DNA of 64,000 nucleotides from Eledone cirrhosa (GCA_964016885.1 OZ024757.1:42284001-42348000); one strand, 5' to 3'. Counted from the first letter of the stretch, positions 1 to 12,205 are shown. Notes: generated by a model not told the origin, from the letters alone. Program-made: numbers and translations.

Positions 1-1645
1 AGCGACAGTAGCTATAACCCCAAGAAAAGATCAACACCATCAGTATCTATATACATACAAACTAACTTACTAAAGATCTTCTAAGATATATGTAATATAA
101 AAGTATAGATTTATATGTACTTCACTCTCGTACTGCGAGATAAAATGGTGGGGTGGTGGGATGGTGAGTGGATGGGTAGTGGTTGGGGTGGTGTGGAGGG
201 GGAAGTATATATTGCACTGAAGAGTTTAGCTAACACAACTAGTTGTAGTGGTGAAAATAGGGAAAACCACACAAAAACACATAAAAAAACAACATTATCT
301 TCGTTGAATTTAGCCAAATGTACCATCAGATGTGAGTAGTATAATGTTTGCATCTATAGTTATATATATTTATATTTTCTTATTATATACATAATTTATA
401 AATACATTAGCCTTTTGCTTGCTTTGGATTCTCTCTCTCTCTTTTTCTCTCTCTATATCTATCTATCAATCTATCTTTCCCTCTCTTTCTCCCTCTCTTT
501 GTCTGTGTGTCAAAAAAAAAACGTGATTCATAGAAAGATACACTACCCCTGCATACATTCACACATTTAAACACACACACACACCACACTCTTGCAGTGA
601 TTATAATCACACTTACATAATATGGTATACACACACACACTTACATAATATGGTCACACACACACTCACACACATACATTCACACATTTACACACACACA
701 CACATACAGAGATGTAGGAACACAGCCACAGCTTATTGAAGACTATTGGTAATGGAATCAAGTAAAATAGTAAATCAATGGAAACATTATTGTTCTTTGA
801 AATAAAGTCTCCAACAGCAGCAGTTGTTGTTGTTGCAACAGCAGTAGCACCTGCAGCAGTAGTTGCAGCAACAGTAGTTGTTACAACAGTAGCAGTAGCT
901 GCAACAAAGAACAAACACAACAATAACAAAAAAAATAATAAATACAAAAACAATAACAAAAATAGCAACAATAACAACAAAAACACAACAAAATAACAAA
1001 ACAATAATAACAACAACAAAACAATATAAAATATCTTTTAGAAAAAAATTAGGAAATTATTAACTGAATTAACAACGACTGGTTCTTTGTATTGGTTTTG
1101 GTTGGTACTGGGTTGTTTAGTGGTTGGTATAGTTTGGTAGAGGTTGGTAGAGGTTGGTATAGATACTAGCAGATCTCACTGTTGTCAGAAGTGGAAGATA
1201 GATATAGTATATCTGTAAAGTGGTTGGGGATAGGAAGGGCATCCTGTTGTAGAAATCTTGCTAATATATCTGTAAAGTGGTTGGTGTTAGGAAAGACATC
1301 TTGCTGTAGAAACCTTGCTAATATATGTTAAGTGGTTGGTGTTAGGAAGGGAATCCTACTGTAGAAACCTTGCTAACATATCTGTTCATTACTTAAGACA
1401 CCATTCATCAACCAAAACGTTTTGTTTGGAAAAAAAGAATTGTTTGTGAACCGATTTATTCGTGATGAGAGAAGCCATTCGTGAACTGAGGTTCCACTGT
1501 ATATATTCTAAAAATATACTAAACTTTTCTTTGGAAAAAAAAACAAATAATTTTTCGGCCACCTGAATACTTCATATCAAAATTATAATTAAAGAACTGG
1601 ATACTAGAAAAAAAAAAGATAAAAAAAATATCAAATTAACAAAAT

Positions 1646-1777
1646 AATTGTTTCTGCTTTTGGCACAAGGCCAGCAATTATCCCGGTGTATTACTGGTAC
1701 TTTATTTTATCGACCCCGTAAGGATGAAAGCAAAGTTAACTTCGGTGGGATTTGAATTCAGACCATAAAGGGCCGTA
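1646..1777 (-). mobile_element. tRNA-derived SINE family A, 5'-truncated
   Basis: Shared body CTTTCATCCTTACGGGGTCGATAAAATAAAGTACCAG and 3' end GCTGGCCTTGTGCC. Confidence 0.85.
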
Positions 1778-1887
1778 CATTTTTGATCTGAGTTCAATGA
1801 TACAAAATAATTGCAAAGAAAAAATTTGAAATGGAATTTTTTTATAGCCATAAAAATATAAAAATAATACAGGAAATATTTTCTTAC

Positions 1888-2025
1888 ATATATTGGTTCA
1901 GTTGGAGGAATATTTTGAAGTTGCCATTTTATTTCCGATATATCAGCCATGTTGTTCTTTATTGAAATTTCAGCTTTATTTATTTCTTTCTCTAAAACTG
2001 CAGCTTGGTTTCGGCACAGATTAAT
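1888..2025 (-). CDS. CNTRL: Centriolin coding exon 9 (coiled-coil; last exon seen, gene continues beyond window start)
   Basis: ttccag acceptor, gtaaga donor; 138 nt, phase 0/0; INLCRNQAAVLEKEINKAEISIKNNMADISEIKWQLQNIPPTEPIY; in frame with the previous exon. Confidence 0.85.
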
Positions 2026-2060
2026 CTGGAAAGAATCATTCATGTTTAGTTATTTATTAA

Positions 2061-2281
2061 CCCTGTAGCATTTACATTATTCTATATTTACTATTGTATT
2101 TTTGTGGTAAGGGCTTTATCTTACATAATTAACTCATATAATATCGAATCTATGAGATTTTGATATTATTTATTTTAAGAACAATACCTCAACATCAGTA
2201 TGAGTGACTGGTTACAGCTAGTTTGAACAGAAAGAGGTGAGAGAATTCTGGCCGGATATGGCTGGTTTAAATGCTAAAGGG
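2061..2281. mobile_element. piggyBac-type MITE family 1
   Basis: TTAA on both sides; TIR CCCTGTAGCATTTA / TAAATGCTAAAGGG. Confidence 0.85.
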
Positions 2282-2314
2282 TTAAAGAAGAACTACAAGA
2301 AATATTAATTTTCA

Positions 2315-2535
2315 AGGGTGGATTGGCAGTATCGGTAGAGTGTTGGACAATATGCTTTGTAGCATAGAGTTATGTCCCTTTACGTTCTGAGTTCAAATCT
2401 AGCCGAGGTTAGCTCTGCCTTTCATCCTTATGGAGTCGATAAAATAAAGTACCAGTAATGCACTGGGGTCAATTTAATCAACTTTCCCCCTTTGCTTCAA
2501 ATTGCTGGCCTTGTTGCCTAAAATAGAAACAATTA
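2315..2535 (+). mobile_element. tRNA-derived SINE family A, full length
   Basis: A-box-like TGGCAGTATCGG, B-box GAGTTCAAATC, central GCCTTTCATCCT..GTCGATAAAAT..GTACCAG (resembles the MetaSINE central domain, from memory). Confidence 0.88.
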
Positions 2536-2837
2536 CTACCACTACTGCTACTACCACTACTGCTACTACTACTACTACTGCTACTATTACTGCTACTAAT
2601 ACTACGACTAATACTACCACTACCACTACTACTACTACTACCACTACTACTACTACTGATACTACTAATACTACTACTACCACTACCACTACTACTACCA
2701 TCATCATTTATTTATTCATTGCTATTCTCAGCAACTTCAGAGAAGAAATAAGCAGTTTTTCTTTCCCTTCAAACAGAATAATAAATTAAGTTAAGGTATT
2801 TATTATTGTTTTCTACTAAAAATATACATTGTCTTAC

Positions 2838-3004
2838 AGATTTCATTTTATCCGCCAGGTTCTGTCGAATTGCCATTTTTACTTCATTATTTGGAGAATG
2901 TGGTACAACCAGGCCTGAGATTTCTTCAAGTTCTTGGTGAGCGTTCTCGACTTTGGTTTCTGTATCAAAAAGTTCTTCTTGCAGTTGTTTAAGGGACACA
3001 CTGG
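2838..3004 (-). CDS. CNTRL: Centriolin coding exon 8
   Basis: ttacag acceptor, gtaaga donor; 167 nt, phase 1/0; ASVSLKQLQEELFDTETKVENAHQELEE...DKMKS coiled coil. Confidence 0.87.
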
Positions 3005-3036
3005 CTGTAAAAATATACAAATATAATAACAATAAT

Positions 3037-3370
3037 AATTGTTTCTACCTTTGGCACTAGGCCAGCAATTATCCCAGTACATTACTGGTACTATATTTTA
3101 TCGACCCTGTAAGGATGAAAGGCAAAGTTAACCTCGGCGGGATTTGAACTCAGACCATAAAGGGCCGTAACTCTATGCTGCAAAGCATGGCGTCCGACCC
3201 TCTACCGATACTGTCATAATAACAATAATAATGGTTTCTGATTTAGGCACAAGGCCAGCAATTTTGGGGGAGGGGGAGTGGATTAAATCGGCCCCATTGT
3301 ATTACTGGTACTTTATTTTACTGACCCCGTAAGGATAAAATGTAAAGTTAACCTCGGTGGGATTTGAACT
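3037..3370 (-). mobile_element. SINE family A, two tandem copies (3037-3216, 3231-3370)
   Basis: Match to the 2315-2535 copy. Confidence 0.88.
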
Positions 3371-3705
3371 AAAAAACAACAAAAGTAATGGTTTTTAAAT
3401 TTTGGCAGAAGGCACCACCACCACCACCACTACCCCCACCACCACCACCAGTATCACTACCACCACCACTACTTACTACTACTCCCACTACCACTACTAC
3501 TACCATTATCACTACCACTACTACCACCACCACTACTACTACCACCACCACCACTACTACTACTACCACCACCACTACCATTATCACTACCACCACTACT
3601 TCTACCACCACCACCACTACCATTATTACTACTACTACCACTACTACCACTACTACAACTACTACCACAACTACTGCCACTACTACTACCACTACTACTA
3701 CTCAC

Positions 3706-3967
3706 CAGAATCTATCAGTTTCTGTTTCTCAGACAACAGAGCGTCCATTTCTGTTTTCTGCAGTTGTTGTTGTTGTAGTTGTTGTTGTAGTTGTTGTTGT
3801 TCTTCCTGCAGTAAGATATTTTGGGCAGCAATGTCCCTGTCATCTGAACCTATTTGGTCCCTTTCTTTTGGTCCTGATGCTTTCTGAGAGGTTTTCGAGT
3901 GTTGAGGTGTAAACAAGGCCTTACCAATATAAGGGCTCTCCAGTAAGGGTTCGTTGTCGTCAGTGTC
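3706..3967 (-). CDS. CNTRL: Centriolin coding exon 7
   Basis: tcaaag acceptor, gtgagt donor; 262 nt, phase 0/1; contains ESPYIGK, as in vertebrate centriolin. Confidence 0.9.
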
Positions 3968-4004
3968 CTTTGAAAAAAACATTTAAAAAAAACATATCAG
4001 TCGC

Positions 4005-4280
4005 CAGGATGAACTGGGTGCTTTTAGTCATGTCACCAGCACAACCATTTTACAGGGTGGACTGGGTACTTTTTGTCATGTCACCAGCACAACCATTTTA
4101 CAGGGTGGACTGGGTGCTTTTCGTCATGTCACCAGCATGACCACCATACAGGATGAGCTGGGTGCTTTTTGCCATGTCACCAGCACATCCATCTTATAGG
4201 GTTAGCTGGCTGCTTTTCGCCATGTCACCAGCATGACCACCTTGCAGGTGGGCCATGTGTTTTTGTTGTTGTTGTTGTTG
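4005..4280 (-). repeat. ~47-bp tandem repeat (about 6 units), related to 61085-61290 and to the RTE 3'UTR
   Basis: Unit GGGTGCTTTT..TCATGTCACCAGCACAACCATTTTACAGGGTGGACT. Confidence 0.8.
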
Positions 4281-4385
4281 TGGTGCCAGCACTACCATAT
4301 AAAGTAATATTCTAATTTAAAAAAAACACACAACAACAATGAAACATAAACAAAAGAAATTAATGAAGGAATATTTCAGACTCAC

Positions 4386-4517
4386 CAGAGTTTGGTCCGG
4401 CTGTGGTTCTTCTCCAAGACTGGCAAACTTGGCATCAATTTTATAAAAAGCTAATTCTTGCTCTAGCTGGTAATGTTTTTCACAGGCTCGATGTAATTCT
4501 TTTGTCTTCTTCTTGAG
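4386..4517 (-). CDS. CNTRL: Centriolin coding exon 6
   Basis: tttcag acceptor, gtgagt donor; 132 nt; LKKKTKELHRACEKHYQLEQELAFYKIDAKF matches the centriolin motif ELTRACQKQYELEQELAFYKIDAKF (recalled human sequence). Confidence 0.95.
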
Positions 4518-4792
4518 CTGAAAACATCTTATCATCATCATCATCATCATCATCATAATCCCCCCCTCCTCCTCATCATCACTAGTATCATCATTACCAT
4601 CATCATCATCGTTTAACGTCCATTTTTTCCACACTTGCATAGGTTAGACAGGTTGTCACATCATGAGACAAGTCAGGTCCAGAGACAACGTTTTGTTCAT
4701 ATGGATCATCTGGACTGGGTGCTTTTTTTTTCCTGTCACCAGCATGACCAGCTTACAGGAAGGACTGCATATATATATATTATATATATATA

Positions 4793-4961
4793 TAAGTATG
4801 TTTTGAAACAGCGAGCAAGTTTGAAATTAGAAAATAGAAGCTTTCACTGTATTTTTTTGACTAAAGAAATTTTGACTAGAGAAATTTCTTTAGTCAAAAA
4901 AATACGGTGAAAGCTTCTATTTTCTAATTTCAAACTTGCTCGCTGTTTCAAAACATACTTA
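4793..4961. repeat. Palindrome, 80-bp arms, 9-nt spacer (CNTRL intron)
   Basis: 4793-4872 is the reverse complement of 4882-4961 with one mismatch seen; third partial copy near 5145-5182. Confidence 0.95.
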
Positions 4962-5180
4962 CTTGTCATCATACTTGCTAAGAATGTAACTTCTAATTTG
5001 AATGGAAGGAGATGGGTAATGTGTTGGTGTAATGGCAGCACAGTGGTCTGGATAACCAAAGATGTGGGTTCGACTCCCATGTACGTCAATACTCATCTTT
5101 TTCCATTTATCTGAGGGTTCTAAACTCCACTATCAGGTTAAAATTTTTTTAGTCAAAAAAATACGGTGAAACCTATTTTC

Positions 5181-5216
<36 letters not shown>

Positions 5217-5538
5217 CATAATTACGTAAGTATCCACTGATTTTGTGTGATTTTCTTAACATTGCGGATGTAATATCTACGTTTGCGAAGTTATATTACA
5301 CAGTAATGACATCGTCCAGGAGCTGAGATATTTAGTTATGTCTCTACTTAAACACAGCCAATGTATCTGTTATTAACTAAACGTGTGCACTTTGAACAGT
5401 TGCATTAATGCAATTCACCAGATTCATTGAGTGAGCTAGACGCTGCATTAATACCACCGATCTTTGTTACTTTTATTATTTTTATATATATATTCTAGAA
5501 GAAACAGGGAGCTGTGTGGTTATCGGATAAAGTGCATT

Positions 5539-5665
5539 TAGAAATAAGAGGGAAGCACAAACGAGGGACATTTCCCATCATCAGTTGTCTGCTGTAATGT
5601 GTAGAAATGTCCGTGATCTCCAGCAGACAACTGATGATGGGAAATGTCCCCTGCTTGTGCTTTCC

Positions 5666-5676
<11 letters not shown>
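5539..5676. repeat. Inverted repeat, 56-bp arms, 26-nt spacer (CNTRL intron)
   Basis: 5539-5594 versus 5621-5676; each arm carries CTGATGA-TGGGA-aatg-TCCC. Confidence 0.9.
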
Positions 5677-5743
<67 letters not shown>

Positions 5744-5770
5744 CGAGAGAGCGAGAGACATTTTCCTTAC

Positions 5771-5964
5771 CAATTCATTCTTAATTCTTAATTCTTCTTC
5801 CACATCTTTATTTATTTCCATCGTTTCTTCTGTTTTCTTCTTTTCATTTTGAAAATTAGACTCCAGCCGTTTCAAATGTCCAACAGACTTATTGTGTTCT
5901 TCTTCTAGTTTCCGGTATTTTCCCTCTTGTTCTTCTAGAGTTTTCTCAAGTTTTATAATTTCCT
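5771..5964 (-). CDS. CNTRL: Centriolin coding exon 5
   Basis: ttttag acceptor, gtaagg donor; 194 nt, phase 1/0; EEIIKLEKTLEEQ...ELRIKNEL. Confidence 0.9.
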
Positions 5965-6310
5965 CTAAAAACAAAACATATTTTACTCTAATATATTTCT
6001 TGTAGATTTTTTTATACCAAACTACAGAGAGGGATCTATGCTATGAAACTGTTTGTTTTAACCCTTTCTGGTACCAAACTACCTGAAACTGCCCCTGGTT
6101 CTACAATACAAAGCTGTTTAATTGGAGATGGTTGCTTCTGACAGGACACCGCTGGAGGGAATGTTTGAGGACTCTGTTCCCCACGACTCTCTCAGGAAGA
6201 AGAAGAAACAGAAGAAGAAAAAGAAGAAGAAGGCAAAGAAGAAGAAGACGAAGAAGAAGTGATAGAAAGCAGTCCTTGAATAAATAATTAAAATAATTAT
6301 CAAATGAAAT

Positions 6311-6530
6311 AATGGTTTCTACTATAGACACAAGGCCATCAATTTTGGGGGAGGGGAAAGTCGATTAAATCGACCCCAGTGAGTGATTGCTACTTTATTT
6401 TATCGACCCCGTAAGGATGAAAGGTAAAGTTAACCTTGGTGGGATTTGAACTCAGATCATAAAGGGCCGTAACTTTATGCTGCAAAGCATGGCGTCTGAC
6501 CCTCTACCGATACTGCCAACCCACCGCCCT
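6311..6530 (-). mobile_element. SINE family A, full length
   Basis: Match to family consensus. Confidence 0.88.
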
Positions 6531-6570
6531 CAAATGAAATAATAAAACCAAATCAAAAACAGTTAGTCAC

Positions 6571-6757
6571 CCATTGAGAATCTGTCCTTGGCCTTTTGTC
6601 TGTCTTGTGTATTGATAGGTTGACCATCGAGGATGTCGAGAGTTCGGATGTGGAATATAACATAAAGACGAGAGTGGGGCAGCTCAGCCAATGGATTGTC
6701 AGCAATACTTAACTGGGCTAAGTCAGGTAACAGCTTCAGTCGGGAGAGTTCATTGAG
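6571..6757 (-). CDS. CNTRL: Centriolin coding exon 4 (LRR cap)
   Basis: ccacag acceptor, gtgact donor; 187 nt, phase 0/1; LNELSRLKLLPDLAQLSIADNPLAELPHSRLYVIFHIRTLDILDGQPINTQDRQKAKDRFS; not in the ORF track. Confidence 0.93.
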
Positions 6758-6799
6758 CTGTGGTAGGAAATATATACAGGTTAGATAGGTTGTTGTCTA

Positions 6800-7005
6800 T
6801 GTGTGTGTGAGTGTGGCTTTGTCTGAATGTGTGAGTGTGGCTTTGTCTGAATGTGTGAGTGTGGCTTCGTCTGAATGTGTGAGTGTGGCTTCGTCTGAAT
6901 GTGTGAGTGTGGCTTTGTCTGTGTGTGTGAGTGTGTCTTTGTCTGAATGTGTGAGTGTGTCTTTGTCTGAATGTGTGAGTGTGTGCGGTTGAATGTGTGT
7001 GAGTG
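6800..7005. repeat. 24-bp minisatellite
   Basis: Unit GTGTGAGTGTGGCTTTGTCTGAAT. Confidence 0.9.
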
Positions 7006-7139
7006 TGTGTTTGTGTGTGTGTGAGAGAGTATGTATCTGAACATGTGTGCATATGACCATGTGTGTTTTAAGATTTTTTTCCATTGCTTCATTGACGTCA
7101 AGAAATTTGTTAACCAAAACTTGGCACCAAAATACTTAC

Positions 7140-7412
7140 AGAACTGAGGTTATTCTTTGCAATCTTGAAAACTCTTAAAGTTTTCAACTTCTTCCCCAGC
7201 GATTGTGGAATATGTTCGATCTGGTTCCCAGTTAAGTTGAGGACTTGCAGACGACAGAGAGAGTCCAAACCTTCAATTCTTTGAATGAAGTTAAATGAAA
7301 GGTTTATCTCCAAAAGGTGGCTCAACTTGTCAAGTTTTTCTATTTTTTCAATGAGGTTTCCTCCGAGATTGAGGACTTGCAGGTTTTTTAGGGAATCCAA
7401 GTTTTCAATGTA
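7140..7412 (-). CDS. CNTRL: Centriolin coding exon 3 (SDS22-type leucine-rich repeats)
   Basis: ccacag acceptor, gtaagt donor; 273 nt; YIENLDSLKNLQVLNLGGNLIEKIEKLDKL...IEHIPQSLGKKLKTLRVFKIAKNNLSS. Confidence 0.95.
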
Positions 7413-7550
7413 CTGTGGATTAGATGAAGATTTGAGGCAGGTTTGACATGATGATGATGATGAAGATGATGACGATGGTAATGATGATGACGATGATGAC
7501 AATAGTGATGCCAATGATGATGATGATGATGATGACAATTAAATACGTAC

Positions 7551-7675
7551 TTTAATTTTCTTGCCACAGTCTTTCAACAATGTGAGGTTGAGTGTTGTGG
7601 TCAATGCCAGGCTCTCCTGTTTGGTTACCTTCTTGATCAGCTCCTCTGTCAGGTAACGTACCCCAACAGTGGACC
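7551..7675 (-). CDS. CNTRL: Centriolin coding exon 2
   Basis: ctacag acceptor, gtacgt donor; 125 nt, phase 1/0; GVRYLTEELIKKVTKQESLALTTTLNLTLLKDCGKKIK resembles human GVRYITEALIKKLTKQDNLALIKSLNLSLSKDGGKKFK. Confidence 0.93.
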
Positions 7676-7829
7676 CTGTAGAGAAGGAACAGGTATTGAT
7701 AAACTAACACTGTAATAGGGGACAGTAACAACAACAACAGCTAGTAGAGGTGAAAATACAATAGTAAATATAGAGTAATGTAAATGGTAAAGGGTTAAAT
7801 GGTAAGGGTTAAATAAACCTTAAGGTTAC

Positions 7830-8034
7830 CTTGACTGAGGGCCGGAGACATGGCTCTGCTGGGGGAGAAGTCTACGCTACCCGACACACTCAGCTGTACA
7901 CGACGAGGAATATCTTCTGCTGAACGAGCAATATTCGAAACTGGGGACTTTCTTGGGATTTTAACTGTGGCAGGGTCCAACTTGGAATTCTTTGGTATTG
8001 GTAACTGAGATGATAAACCCTTGGATTTCTTCAT
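7830..8034 (-). CDS. CNTRL: Centriolin first coding exon (exon starts at 8062, ATG at 8034)
   Basis: ttccag acceptor before 8062, gtaacc donor; 205 coding nt ending in phase 1, matching the next exon; MKKSKGLSSQLPIP... Ser/Pro-rich N-terminus. Confidence 0.8.
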
Positions 8035-8225
8035 CTTTCTTCCTTCTTCTAGAATCCTCCACCTGGAAATATCCAAATATCATCAGTTATGTTGCTAGTC
8101 ATTAAAATATACATGTTCAAACATTGGCTGTGTCAATCAATCTTGTATAACAATAGTAAAGGTCACATGTAGCTTCTTCCTTCACTGAACAACTTATATA
8201 CAGATAAAAAACAAACATACATAGC

Positions 8226-8272
<47 letters not shown>

Positions 8273-9032
8273 CCACAACAACAACAACCACAACAGCACC
8301 ACCACCAACAACAACAACCACAACAACAACAACAGCACCAACAACAACAACAACCACAGTAACAACCCCAACAACAACTATAGTAACAACAACACAAACA
8401 TCATCATCATCATCATCATTTTACGTCCGCTTTTCCCTGCAATGTTATTATTTATGTACATAAATCTTCTAAAGGAAGTTTGTGGACAAAGAAACACTCA
8501 AGTCTTTTCGTCTGCTAACAATGTTATCAGTGAGTGTTTGTGTGTGTGTGTGTGTGTGTGTACATATATGTGTGTGTTTGTGTGTATATATGCATATATT
8601 TATGTGTGTGTATGTTTATATATATGTGTTTGTGTGTATATATAAATGTATGTGTGAATGTGTATGTGACTGGAATGTCTGTACATATGTCTTTGTATGT
8701 GTGTGCGCGCGTATGTGTGAGATATGTATGTGTACCATAAATTCCTGCTCTCCATAGTTTAAAGATATGAGGCGTCCATTGAATAGAAACATTTCCACTG
8801 AAGAATTTAAGAGTCATTTTATGATGACTGCTATCATTAAATTAAATAAATATACAAACAAAAAACAGAACTCCTGTCAACTCTCCCGGCCCCACGGGGA
8901 GATCTCTCACCCACTTTGGGGGTGGAAACAAAGGAGTAAGAAGAAGGAAGATATCGTGTTAACAATGTGAGCCATTTAAATTAGTGCGGAGAGAAGAGAT
9001 AACACGTTCGTCAGTTTAGTAATGATACACTT

Positions 9033-9116
<84 letters not shown>

Positions 9117-9721
9117 TTAGACCTGCCAACCTCTAAAAACCTAAACCGGGAGTACCATGAAAAAAAGTGCCTCAAAACGGGGAGAAAATGAGGCAAATTG
9201 GGGAGATTTTACATAACGAAAGTTCAGCTAAATTCCCGCCGTTCTAATAATTGTTTCTACGTTAGGCACAAGGCCAGCAATTACCCAGTGTATTACTGTG
9301 GTGGCTTAATTTGGATCTAGTTGTCGAAACGGCCGGAGCTCAGCCGTCGGGGTTCTGATTCTTTTCGTATATATATATAAATAAAAGAAAAATTAAGGCC
9401 CATGACGGCTGAGCTCTTGCCGTTTCAACAGCTACGAATTTTTCTTATTACTCACTCTACTACCCCAAGTATTGAGTACTCTGGTGAATAATGGTCTAAC
9501 TGGTTTTTACTGCATCATTTCTGATATATATATATATATATTATATTATATTATATTATATATATATATATATATAATATTAACGAAAGAAATGTGGTAA
9601 GGAACCAGGTGGACCATAACGCACCAAAGTACTCAATACTTAGAGTGGGTAATAGGAACGAGTAGGACCCCGACGGCTGGGGTCCTACTCGTTCCTATAT
9701 ATTATATTATATATATTATAT

Positions 9722-9754
<33 letters not shown>

Positions 9755-9764
9755 ATATATATAT

Positions 9765-9827
<63 letters not shown>

Positions 9828-9881
9828 ATTATATATATATATTATATTATATATATATATATTATATATATATATTATATA

Positions 9882-9930
<49 letters not shown>

Positions 9931-9943
9931 ATTATATTATATA

Positions 9944-9986
<43 letters not shown>

Positions 9987-9988
9987 AT

Positions 9989-10021
<33 letters not shown>

Positions 10022-10120
10022 ATATTATATATATATATATTATATTATATCATGTTATATATATTATATTATATTATATCATGTTATATATATATATAAT
10101 ATTATATCATGTTATATATA

Positions 10121-10171
<51 letters not shown>

Positions 10172-10650
10172 TATATTATATATATATATATATATATAAT
10201 ATATATATATTATATATATATATTATATATATATATTATATATATACATATTATATATACATATATATATATTATATATACATATATATATATATATCAT
10301 ATATATATATAATATAAGAGTTTGAAGATTCAACGATTCTGATAGTTGAAAAATTTGGAAATGTTAAGATTAGGATTTAAGACGTTTCTCTTTCTAATAC
10401 AAACACAGGAACTCAGAACTAAGTGTCATACATACCTATATATATGTAGATATATCGATACCGTATATACATACCTATATATCGATTATATAGTAAACAC
10501 ACCCACCGCGTGTGTCGTGTTATGACCACATTAAAGAGTTTATAATATATATATTAAAATGTATACGCACTTCACTTTGATTACCTGTACAGGTAATATT
10601 TATTAGAATGCATTTTTTGTTTTTGGCGGTGAGTATCCATTGTTTTGGAC

Positions 10651-10722
<72 letters not shown>

Positions 10723-10820
10723 TGTGCTCATATATACTATGAATGAAGAAATCTATTAGCGACCAGCCGATGGTTGTGTGCAGGTAATACGAAACTTAAT
10801 TGTTATTGTTGTTAACTTAC

Positions 10821-10920
10821 CTGTTGACAGTTGTGAACACAATTAAGGTGTTAGGTGGTTGTGTTGGGACGAACTCATAGCAGCCCTATCTTCTCCGTTG
10901 CTGAATGGAAAGGTAGAACG
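10821..10920 (-). other. Candidate non-coding first exon of CNTRL (5' boundary unknown)
   Basis: Perfect CAG|GTAAGT donor at 10821/10820 in unique sequence upstream of the acceptor at 8062, which requires an upstream exon. Confidence 0.5.
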
Positions 10921-10921
10921 A

Positions 10922-10934
10922 GTTACCTGGCGAC
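10922..10934 (-). promoter_or_regulatory. RFX X-box motif
   Basis: GTCGCC-A-GGTAAC fits GTNRCC(N0-3)RGYAAC; about 100 bp upstream of the candidate first donor of a centriolar gene. Confidence 0.55.
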
Positions 10935-11739
10935 CTTGCAACTGCTTCGTCGCTCTGAAGGAGTCTAATGTAATGATGGTACAAACCTTTCTACCTTTCC
11001 AACACATGTCCTGACATGTTCCAGCCAGTTTCTCATTTTTCATTACATTCCACGAATAATAACAAAACCTTACAAGACGGCCGCTGGGTGGGGCTGAGGT
11101 GGACTGAGGTGATGTGAAGGGAGGAAATATTTACCCTAACCCTCCGTCCTAACACCAACACCAGCCGCTGGGGGGTGAACTGGGGTAGTTAGTAAGGCTG
11201 GAAGATATCTACCCCCTAACACCATAATAAACAAAAACTACAAGACGGCCACTGGAGGTGAGGGTAGGGAAGTATCTAGCCCAACCATCGTCGCATACCA
11301 ACCGCTGGGGGGGGGGGTATAGAAGGACAGGGAAACATCGACCACCAAACCCCAACTGTCAATGTACCACAGCAATAAAAACAACATATATAATGACAAT
11401 ATAACTGGAACAACTTCCACAACAACCAGCTTATCGTACAATTGTTTATATATATATTAGAAAAGTGAAGTAAAGTTCTATACCAAACTATCGTCTTCCT
11501 GTCTTCCTTCGGTTGTAACGTTTTTCGAAATATTTACTGCTGCGTTCACGGATTGACTTTGTTAGTTTCAGAAGATCCCGTTAAGGGTAAAAGCAGCGAT
11601 TCTTTGCTTAAACTTTAAACTGTTATTTTAATAAATATTTGCTCTACGGTTCTTATATATTTGATATATATTTATCCTTATCGAGCCCTCTTTGGAATTT
11701 AGTCTTCAAATTTATTATTATTATTACTATATATATATA

Positions 11740-12012
11740 TATACACACACCTGTAGATAACAACTAGACTGACTACACGTATGTATATATAGTATATACA
11801 CCTGTAAATAACTAGACTGACTACACGTATATATACAGTATATAAACCCCTGGAGAGTATTAGACTATACGTGTATATATACAGTATATACACCTGGAGA
11901 TTATGAGAGTATATATATACAGCATATACACACCTGGAGATTATTAGAGTATATATATATACAGTATATACACACATGGAGATTCACGCATCTGTATTGT
12001 TGAGGCTTCCAA

Positions 12013-12076
<64 letters not shown>

Positions 12077-12205
12077 TATATATTTATATATACACACCTG
12101 GAGATTATGAGAGTGTATATATATATATATACACAGTATATACACACCTGGAGATTATTAGGCTATATATATGTATGCATACAGTATATACACCCTTGGA
12201 GATAA
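11740..12205. repeat. ~40-50-bp degenerate minisatellite
   Basis: Unit CACACCTGGAGATTATTAGAGTATATATATACAGTATATA. Confidence 0.85.

Noticed and set aside
1390-1501. Tigger/pogo-like end GAGGTTCCACTG-TA
   Set aside because: Only one putative TIR is visible and no partner end was found, which is too little to call.
5018-5088. tRNA gene
   Set aside because: A and B boxes and the T-arm are present, but the acceptor stem pairs poorly and the anticodon arm is atypical. More likely a SINE head or pseudo-tRNA.
7110-7538. Stand-alone LRR protein with a poly-Ser N-terminus
   Set aside because: The poly-Ser is intronic (TCA)n; the real segment is CNTRL exon 7140-7412.
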